Below, one piece after another: positions 8,020 to 14,678 of a DNA stretch of 24,000 nt; the first letter of the stretch is position 1; each line of letters opens with the position of its first letter. The stretch comes from Candidatus Woesearchaeota archaeon (GTDB taxonomy: Archaea > Nanobdellota > Nanobdellia > Woesearchaeales > UBA9642). A program made the position numbers and the translations under genes. The notes below the pieces were generated by a model. The model did not search any database and was not told the DNA's origin. It saw only the letters and a program-made list of their open reading frames with translations. Location: the NCBI GenBank assembly GCA_026002815.1, contig BPGB01000005.1, positions 45,960 through 69,959 on the forward strand, in the 5' to 3' direction.

Positions 8020-9237
8020 ATGAAAAAAAACACCATTTTTTTAATAACCATTCTATTTATAGCGTTTTTATTTATTACGACAATAGTAATTGCAGAAAAC
8101 GAAGAGAATGAAACTAATGAAACAATAGAGAACATAGATCATGACAACTTAGAAAATAATAACACAGACGGTAATAGCACGAATTTAAATTCTACTATAA
8201 ATAATAATTCTACTATAAATTCTACTATAAATAATACAACATACAATAATATAACAAATATAACAACTGACATTAGTAATATAACAAACAACAGTAGTAC
8301 TAATTTAACAAACACCACACTACCAAACAATAAGGATTCCGATTCAGAAACAACATCATATGAAGACTTTAAAAATAGATCATTAGACATTAGATATGAT
8401 AACATATTGTGTAAAATTGATTACTTAATAGGTCAAATTGATATCATCAAAAAATACTCTAATGATACAAACATAACCGCAGAACTGTTGAAAGACAAAG
8501 AACAACTGATAAAAGATAAACAAGACTTAAAACAAATATATGAAACTAGAAATATAACAAAATTCAATGAATTTATAATGACGGTTCTCTTAACAGATTT
8601 TAATAAAACAAATAGGGATATAAAGAATTTTAAGGAAAATTACAAGAAATATATCAATCTAAGCGATGCAAAAAATTTCAAAGATGACTTAAAAAAATTA
8701 AGAGATAACTATAAATTCTGCAATAGTAGAAAAACAGAGGAGATGACAAAACTAATGAACAAATATTACAAGCATGAATTAAAAATGTGGGAACAAATAA
8801 TAAAAAGCATGAAACAAAGAAACTTAGAAACAGAAGAGATAGAGAGGATTACTGAACAACTACAATTGAGATTAAAAAATCTTGAAAACGCATTAAATTC
8901 AGGTAATCAAACATTAATAGAAGAACAATTAAAACTAATGAATCAAGAGCATCTTACTTTATGGACCAAATTCCACTCAGGAATATTAAATAGTTACTTA
9001 AACAGGATAGAACCCACAGCAAACAAATATGGTAGAAGTGAGGAAGTAAAGAAAATAAAGGAAAAACTTAAAAATATGGAACAAATAAATAAAAAAGATA
9101 GAAAACAACTAACATCAATAGTTAAAGACCTAAAGGAAAGCTCTGATGAAATGAAAAAGTTAGGAAAAGAAATAATGAAGAACGAAGATAAAAAAAATAA
9201 AATTGAAGATAAAAAAAACGGAAAATCAAAAAGATAA
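8020..9237 (+). CDS. Secreted or anchored Asn/Thr-rich, sequon-dense protein with a long Lys/Glu coiled-coil C-terminal half
   Basis: ATG 8020 is preceded by GGAGGT (8010-8015). The signal peptide is MKKNTIFLITILFIAFLFITTIVIA. A region of about 80 aa is full of N-x-S/T. The remainder is predicted coiled coil. The track's TTG start at 8008 is rejected. Confidence 0.6.
   Translation: MKKNTIFLITILFIAFLFITTIVIAENEENETNETIENIDHDNLENNNTDGNSTNLNSTINNNSTINSTINNTTYNNITNITTDISNITNNSSTNLTNTTLPNNKDSDSETTSYEDFKNRSLDIRYDNILCKIDYLIGQIDIIKKYSNDTNITAELLKDKEQLIKDKQDLKQIYETRNITKFNEFIMTVLLTDFNKTNRDIKNFKENYKKYINLSDAKNFKDDLKKLRDNYKFCNSRKTEEMTKLMNKYYKHELKMWEQIIKSMKQRNLETEEIERITEQLQLRLKNLENALNSGNQTLIEEQLKLMNQEHLTLWTKFHSGILNSYLNRIEPTANKYGRSEEVKKIKEKLKNMEQINKKDRKQLTSIVKDLKESSDEMKKLGKEIMKNEDKKNKIEDKKNGKSKR
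8191..8232 (+). repeat. In-frame coding repeat tctactataaat (S-T-I-N), three copies
   Basis: Copies at 8191-8202, 8209-8220 and 8221-8232, inside the Asn/Thr-rich sequon region of the 8020..9237 gene. Confidence 0.85.
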
Positions 9238-9286
9238 AATTTAATTATAATATAATTCAAAAAACATAAAACAAACAGAGAATAAA

Positions 9287-9505
9287 ATGATAACAACAAA
9301 AAAAATAATCGGTATTTTATTTTTTTTATTTATTGTTTCAATTTTTTTAACTAGTTGTACTGGATCTAAAAAAACAGAAACACAGGAACAAACACAAAAC
9401 GAGATTAATCAAAGCATTGAAGAGATGACTTTTATTGAAAATATAACTTTTCCTGAAGATACTACTATAGATGATATACCCGTAGATGATTCTATACCAG
9501 AATAA
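9287..9505 (+). CDS. Small putative lipoprotein (72 aa)
   Basis: N-terminal hydrophobic segment ending in a lipobox-like LTSC (FLTSCTGSKK), followed by an acidic mature part. It lies immediately downstream of the glycoprotein gene. Confidence 0.5.
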   Translation: MITTKKIIGILFFLFIVSIFLTSCTGSKKTETQEQTQNEINQSIEEMTFIENITFPEDTTIDDIPVDDSIPE

Positions 9506-9684
9506 ACCATTGTAATAAACTCTCTTAACTATATTAATAATCTCAAATACATTACTAATCTTGGATAAATTAAAGATAATTGAATATATAAAGTAATACT
9601 AAATAAAACTTGTTTGTATTACCATTAAGTTATTTATCGATATAAATCATTAATTTTTTATAGTACTATACTTCTATTTTTTTT

Positions 9685-10125
9685 ATGACAAAAATTTTAA
9701 AAAAAATATTACTTAATAGTATTAGGAATCTGTTTGAACTTGACAAATATGACTTCAAAAAAATAATAATAAAAAAAGAAGTAATAGAAGACATAATCGA
9801 TTTTGCAAAAGCTAATCATCCTAAGGAGTTTGTAGCATTTTTTAATGGTATGATAAAGAATAAAGAATTAACAATAAAAAACTTAGTATATAATGAATAT
9901 TTGTCTAATGAATCCTCTGCAATACCTATTTTTCATTTCCCAGACAAAAGTTTTTATGGTTCTGTTCATAGTCATCCAAGCGGAAGTAATAAACCATCTG
10001 CAGCAGACAGACATTTTTTCAGCAAAATAGGAATAGTTAATGCAATAATATCTTACCCTTACACTATTGAAACAATAAAATTTTATAACCATGAAGGAAT
10101 TGAAATAGAAGTAATAATAAAATAA
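9685..10125 (+). CDS. JAB1/MPN/Mov34 (JAMM) metalloprotease
   Basis: Complete JAMM motif: upstream Glu (PKEFVAFF) and HSHPSGSNKPSAAD, which equals H-x-H-x7-S-x2-D. A TATA-like TTTTTATAG lies about 26 nt upstream of the ATG, suggesting a leaderless mRNA. Confidence 0.8.
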   Translation: MTKILKKILLNSIRNLFELDKYDFKKIIIKKEVIEDIIDFAKANHPKEFVAFFNGMIKNKELTIKNLVYNEYLSNESSAIPIFHFPDKSFYGSVHSHPSGSNKPSAADRHFFSKIGIVNAIISYPYTIETIKFYNHEGIEIEVIIK

Positions 10126-10135
10126 GGTAAAAAAT

Positions 10136-11420
10136 ATGGTAAAAAACAATAAAAAAAATTTTATTCATAAAAAACCTTTATTGCTAGCACCGGCAGGGGA
10201 TTTCACGTCTCTAAGAGCAGCAATATCTGCAGGTGCGGATGAAATATATTTCGGAATAAAAGGCCTTAATATGAGGGCAGGTGCAAAAAACTTTTATGAG
10301 AAAGATATTAAAAAAAATCGTAAAAATATGTCATGAAAATAACGTAAATGTTCTGCTTGCTCTTAACACAATAATTTATCAAAATGAAATCAAAAAAGTC
10401 GAATCATTAGTAAAAAAAGCAAAAAAGTATGGAGTAGATGCTATTATTTGCTGGGATTTTTCAGTAATAGAATTGTGCAAAAAGTATAACTTAAAAACAC
10501 ATATAAGCACACAAGCATCAATATCAAATTATGAATCAATATATACAATTAAGAAGAATTATCCTAATATTGAAAGAATAGTCCTTGCAAGAGAATGTAC
10601 ACTAGAACAAATAAAAAAAATAATTAATCTTATTAACAAAAACAATCTTGGCGTTCAAATAGAAGTCTTTATACATGGTTCTATGTGCGTATCTATTTCA
10701 GGAAGATGTTTTTTATCACAAGAAATATTTGGCAAATCAGCAAATAGGGGCGAATGTCTTCAACCTTGCAGAAGAAAATACGATGTTTATTTGAAAGATC
10801 CTGAAGAAGGTTACGAATTGCTTCTCGGAAACGATTATGTCATGAGTCCAAAAGATTTGTGTGGATTGCCTATAATTGAAAAGATAATTGACTCAGGAGT
10901 TCATGCATTAAAAATAGAAGGAAGAAATAAATCTCCTGAATATGTCTATACTGTTGTTAATGTTTATAGGAGAGCAATTGATGAATATACAAGTAATAAC
11001 CATAATAGTATAGAAAATTCAAAAAAAGAACTAATAGATGAACTAAAAAAAGTTTATAATAGAGGATTTAGTACTGGTTTCTATCTAGGCAAGCCAATTA
11101 ATGAATGGAATAAAGAATATGGAAGTTCATCAACAGAAACTAAAGCATATGTAGGAAAAGTTCTTAATTACTATAATAAAATTAGTGTCGCAGAAATACT
11201 TATAGAATCCAATACATTAAATGAAGGAGATGAAATATTAATAATTGGGGAAACTACTGGACTGGTGAAGCAAAAATCTGAGAATATGATGATTAACAAT
11301 CAAAAAATTTTAAACGTGGAAAAAGGAAAAATAATAACTTTGAAAGTTAGAGAAAAGGTCAGAAAGAATGATCAGTTATATAAAATAATTAAGAGAGACA
11401 CTAACACAAATAATAAATAA
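10136..11420 (+). CDS. Peptidase U32 family protein, interrupted by a +1 frameshift in an A8 run (track fragments 10136..10336 and 10281..11420)
   Basis: The N-terminal fragment (KPLLLAPAGDFTSLRAAISAGADEIYFG) and the second-frame fragment together make one U32 protein. The exact PROSITE-type U32 signature is present: E-x-F-x2-G-[SA]-[LIVM]-C-x4-G-x-C-x-[LIVM]-S, here EVFIHGSMCVSISGRCFLS. Removing one A from 10310-10317 joins ...EKDIKK to IVKICHENN..., giving about 427 aa. Confidence 0.75.
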
Positions 11421-11450
11421 AATCATTAAAATAATATCATTAATACTTAT

Positions 11451-11825
11451 TTATGTTTTTCTTCTCTCAACTTCAAATTGGTACCCTTTAAGCACTAGAA
11501 ATGTATGTTCTTTTATTATCATTAACTCTTCTAAATCATTTATTATAAGATCGTTTCCCTCTAAATAATAAGAAATGTTCAATCCTTTAATACGTATTTT
11601 TTCTATATTTGTAAACTCATATGTTAGAAATGGAAATAATCCTCTCTTGTGTGGATTATTTTCGTGATATAATCCTATCACTGCTGTCTTAAACTCTTCA
11701 TTTTTCTCTTGCGGTTTTCTACTTACTATTGCGCATGTTGCTTCAACTTTTATTTTATCTTCCTTGGGGTTTTTTATTAATTTCATTTTTTCCCTACTTA
11801 TTATCTTTCTTAAAACGTTCTTCAT
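11451..11825 (-). CDS. Hypothetical protein (124 aa)
   Basis: ATG ORF, convergent with the U32 gene. The composition looks like a globular protein. No motif recognised. Confidence 0.5.
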   Translation of the reverse strand: MKNVLRKIISREKMKLIKNPKEDKIKVEATCAIVSRKPQEKNEEFKTAVIGLYHENNPHKRGLFPFLTYEFTNIEKIRIKGLNISYYLEGNDLIINDLEELMIIKEHTFLVLKGYQFEVERRKT

Positions 11826-11900
11826 AATTTATTATATACTTCTGATTTTATATATTTTATGATTAATAATATTTAAAAAGGATAGCAAAATAAATATATA

Positions 11901-12383
11901 ATGAGCAATACCAAAATGATGAAAAATAATAAAAAGATTTATTTTTTTATTGCTGTACTGACTTTATTATCATTGGTTTTTTCTATAGTTATATTAATAC
12001 AGAAGACTTCATATAACCCTGTTATTAACAATATTTGTTCAGCGCTTAATAGTGAGAGTCAGTGCGAATCTGTTCAAAAAAGCAGGTATAGTAAAACTTT
12101 TGGAATAGATAATCCGTGGTATGGAATAATAGGATTCTCTGCAATATTAATATTTGCTATATTAAACTTTTTAAAAGAAAAAAAGATTTTAAAAAAATTA
12201 ATTATTGCAGGTGGCATAATATCAGGATCTATGGCAATTTATTTCCTTTACATTCAATCTTTTATTTTAAAACAATACTGTATATTCTGTGTTATAGTTG
12301 ATATCCTTTCAATAGTACTACTATGTATAAGTTTATACATAACATATATAGAATGTAAAATAGAATGTAAAAAGAAAATTTAA
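11901..12383 (+). CDS. Vitamin K epoxide reductase (VKOR) family membrane protein
   Basis: Four predicted TM helices. There is a loop Cys pair (NICSALNSESQCESV) followed by SRYSKTFGIDNPWYGIIGF, and a CxxC (CIFC) at the start of the last helix. This is the VKOR family arrangement. Confidence 0.7.
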   Translation: MSNTKMMKNNKKIYFFIAVLTLLSLVFSIVILIQKTSYNPVINNICSALNSESQCESVQKSRYSKTFGIDNPWYGIIGFSAILIFAILNFLKEKKILKKLIIAGGIISGSMAIYFLYIQSFILKQYCIFCVIVDILSIVLLCISLYITYIECKIECKKKI

Positions 12384-12396
12384 AATACAATAATAT

Positions 12397-13005
12397 TTAG
12401 AAGAATAAATCTTCTTTTTCATACCTTATTTTTGGTCTTGGAGTGTCTGCTGCATAACCTATAGCACAAATAACTGTAGGAACAATATTCTTTGGTAATT
12501 TCAATATTTTTGAATATTCTTCTGCATTGAATCCCTCCATTGGACAGGAGTCAAAACCTAACGCTTTAGCACCATTGATTGCATTTCCTAATGCGATATA
12601 TACTTGTTTTTGAGCCCAAACCAATTTTGCATCATCTGACATCTTTGCCTCATATCCACTAGTCATATCTGTAAATCCTTTTATTGACTCAGGTTTCGCT
12701 CCGTTATTTTTCATTAATTTGCCGTATTGTATTATCCTATTTTTTATATCTGTATATGCACAAAAAACTAATAGATGAGAACAAGAGGTTATTTGAGGTT
12801 GGTTCCATGACGCAGGAGCCAATTCCTCTTTTGTTTTCTTGTCTGAAATAACCTTAATTTTGTATGGTTGCAGGCCAAATGATGATGCTGAATATCTAAT
12901 TAATTCCAGCAATTCATCTACTTTTTCTTGAGGAAGCTGTCTTCCATCAAATTTCTTTACTGCATACCTACTCTTAACTATATCTTTAAAATTCATATTA
13001 TTCAC
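12397..13005 (-). CDS. NAD(P)H nitroreductase family protein
   Basis: 202 aa with typical nitroreductase N-terminal and core patterns: RYAVKKFDGRQLPQEKVDELLELIRYSASSFGLQPYKIKVI, WNQPQITSCSHLLVFCA, GFDSCPMEGF. Confidence 0.85.
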   Translation of the reverse strand: MNNMNFKDIVKSRYAVKKFDGRQLPQEKVDELLELIRYSASSFGLQPYKIKVISDKKTKEELAPASWNQPQITSCSHLLVFCAYTDIKNRIIQYGKLMKNNGAKPESIKGFTDMTSGYEAKMSDDAKLVWAQKQVYIALGNAINGAKALGFDSCPMEGFNAEEYSKILKLPKNIVPTVICAIGYAADTPRPKIRYEKEDLFF

Positions 13006-13113
13006 CTTTTTATCTAAAAAATAATATTTAGTATACTAAATATACTAAGTAGTTTCAGAGAATTTAAAGTATTTATAAAATTTATGAATAAAAAAAAGCA
13101 TTTTATTAAAAAA

Positions 13114-13713
13114 CTACACAAGAACTATTCCTAAATAATATGCTAAAATTAAAATAATAATAAACCTTATAGTTCTTGGAACAACTACAAACATTATATT
13201 ATCAACAAGAGAGAATCTCCAAAGTCCGGCAAGATATGGAATATAAGGTATAGGTGTTAATGAACCAATAAACATAAACCATTTTCCAGTCAAAGTATAT
13301 TTATCTAACTTGACAAAATTTTTCTTACCGATAATACGTTCAATACCTGCTGCACCTAATGTCTTTCCAAGATAATATGCTACAAGTAAGGCAAGATACG
13401 ATCCTAACAAAATCATGAGTAAAACAATCCATGGATTAAGTCCTGCAAAGACGCCTAATACGAGAGGAACATCAGGCCCAATCGGCTGAACGAGGAGATC
13501 TGTTATGAATGATGCTATAAATATCCCAATAAAACCGTAATCTGATATAACTAATCCTATAATTTGCTTGACATAAACCGCAAATAATAATACTATAAGG
13601 AAAATAAGTATTATCAACACCCAAAAACCAAGACCTGCATCATATAGTTTAGAATAATCAATATCTCTTATCTTTTTTCTAGTATTTGATACAAACTTGT
13701 CTAGTTGCTTCAT
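13114..13713 (-). CDS. DedA/VTT (SNARE-associated) family membrane protein
   Basis: Polytopic membrane protein with a VTT-like core (FITDLLVQPIGPDVPLVLGVFAG...YYLGKTLG...TPIPYIPYLAGL). Pattern-level assignment only. Confidence 0.6.
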   Translation of the reverse strand: MKQLDKFVSNTRKKIRDIDYSKLYDAGLGFWVLIILIFLIVLLFAVYVKQIIGLVISDYGFIGIFIASFITDLLVQPIGPDVPLVLGVFAGLNPWIVLLMILLGSYLALLVAYYLGKTLGAAGIERIIGKKNFVKLDKYTLTGKWFMFIGSLTPIPYIPYLAGLWRFSLVDNIMFVVVPRTIRFIIILILAYYLGIVLV

Positions 13714-13759
13714 TATCTAAAATACAAAAAATTTTAGAATATAAATTTTACTAGAAATA

Positions 13760-13984
13760 TTACATTACTAAAAATTTCATTAATTCAAACACTAAAAATA
13801 CAGGCCAAACGATTGCCTTCAAAAATCCTAAAACACCCGTCCAAAACCCTGTTGCAGTGCTTATATAATATATTGCAGCACCAATGAATCCTAGGCCATA
13901 AAATGCGCTTGAACCATCGCACTTATTCATTTTTCCACAATTACACTCACAAGTATTTTTTGTACTAGACTTTTTCTTTGCCAT
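13760..13984 (-). CDS. Small membrane protein with a Cys-rich N-terminus (74 aa)
   Basis: Starts MAKKKSSTKNTCECNCGKMNKCDG, followed by two hydrophobic helices (YGLGFIGAAIYYI...GFLKAIVWPVFLVFELMKFL). It resembles a conserved uncharacterised small-membrane-protein family. Confidence 0.55.
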   Translation of the reverse strand: MAKKKSSTKNTCECNCGKMNKCDGSSAFYGLGFIGAAIYYISTATGFWTGVLGFLKAIVWPVFLVFELMKFLVM

Positions 13985-14035
13985 GATATCACCTATAAAT
14001 AAGAATCAATACACGTATAAAAAGTTAATGTCAAA

Positions 14036-14148
14036 TAGCCCCGCCCAGATTCGAACTGGGGTCTCGAGATATTTCCGGTAATGGATAATTTACGTATTCT
14101 TCCATTACCTCCAGAGTCTCGAATGATTGACCGCTACACTACGGGGCT
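14036..14148 (-). tRNA. tRNA-Gln (anticodon CTG) with a 40-nt intron at the canonical 37/38 position (intron 14071..14110)
   Basis: Hand-folded. Acceptor AGCCCCG/CGGGGCT, with the A1:U72 typical of archaeal tRNA-Gln. D arm GTGT/TCAT. Anticodon stem CGAGA/TCTCG, loop CT-CTG-G^A. T arm CCCAG-TTCGAAT-CTGGG. The intron has a 9-bp internal helix (GGTAATGGA/TCCATTACC) and BHB-like 3-nt bulges. No encoded CCA. Confidence 0.85.
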
Positions 14149-14187
14149 GTTTTAAACAAGATTTTAAGTTCACAAGATATTTTAAAT

Positions 14188-14517
14188 TTACAAGATATTT
14201 TGCTCTATAAATTTTTCGAGATTCTTCATATCCTGTTTTTTTGTTTTTTCTAATACATAATCTATTCCATTATATATTTTTGAATTTTGTGTATTCCAAA
14301 AACTTTTTCCATTTAATGCCTTATACCTATAACCTTTATCTGATTTTAATAAATTGTTCATCCATATTGTTACTGTAATATCATCGTATTGATAATTCTT
14401 GAATCTCTTTTTAGTTATGTGAAGAGCATCTAATAATTCTACAGTATTATTTTTCTGTGATATGTACTGACCTATTACTGAAAAATCCTTATATTCCAAA
14501 TATACAAATTTATTCAT
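14188..14517 (-). CDS. Hypothetical protein (109 aa)
   Basis: ATG ORF downstream of tRNA-Gln on the same strand. No secure motif. Confidence 0.5.
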   Translation of the reverse strand: MNKFVYLEYKDFSVIGQYISQKNNTVELLDALHITKKRFKNYQYDDITVTIWMNNLLKSDKGYRYKALNGKSFWNTQNSKIYNGIDYVLEKTKKQDMKNLEKFIEQNIL

Positions 14518-14588
14518 TATAAAAGAAAAAATTAATTGTTTATATTATTTGTGATTTAGACAAAAATTAAAAAAACGAAATAATTATA

Positions 14589-14618
14589 TTATTGATAACT
14601 AAATTATTAATAACTAAA
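14589..14618. repeat. 2 x 15-nt tandem duplication (ttattgataactaaa / ttattaataactaaa)
   Basis: One mismatch between copies. Located about 60-90 nt upstream of the rad50 ATG. Confidence 0.85.
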
Positions 14619-14649
14619 AGTATTATCCGTGAGCGTATCAATCAATAAA

Positions 14650-14659
14650 CATTTAAATA
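14650..14659 (+). promoter_or_regulatory. Putative TATA box for rad50 (catttaaata); implies a leaderless mRNA
   Basis: A TATA-like element is centred about 25 nt upstream of ATG 14679 and no SD lies between them. Archaeal TSSs typically fall about 25 nt downstream of the TATA centre. Confidence 0.35.
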
Positions 14660-14678
14660 TTATTATTATTCTTTTATT

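Noticed and set aside
6251-9299. Other shadow ORFs: 6251..6451, 7083..7409, 7479..7712, 8139..8405, 8994..9299
   Set aside because: Each is antisense to a better-supported gene (ogg, the membrane wHTH, the glycoprotein) and has hydrophobic, low-complexity translations.
10136-11420. Treating 10136..10336 and 10281..11420 as two separate genes
   Set aside because: The two fragments align end-to-end with a single U32 protein once one A is removed from the A8 run. The second ORF's listed GTG start has no initiation signal.
11921-11975. Possible C/D-box sRNA (ATGATGA ... CTGA) at the VKOR 5' end
   Set aside because: The box C to box D distance is only about 38 nt, there are no internal C'/D' boxes or terminal stem, and the sequence is the coding start MSNTKMMKNNKK.
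9883-12301. Shadow or alternate-frame ORFs 9883..10149 (minus strand) and 12116..12301 (+ strand)
   Set aside because: The first is antisense to the JAMM gene. The second is an alternate frame inside the VKOR gene. Neither has motifs or start signals.
14188-14517. Sm/Lsm-like motif in the 109-aa protein (VYLEYKDFSVIGQYISQKNNTVELLDA)
   Set aside because: Only a loose resemblance to the Sm1 motif. The conserved Asp/Asn positions and an Sm2 motif are not evident. I left it as hypothetical.
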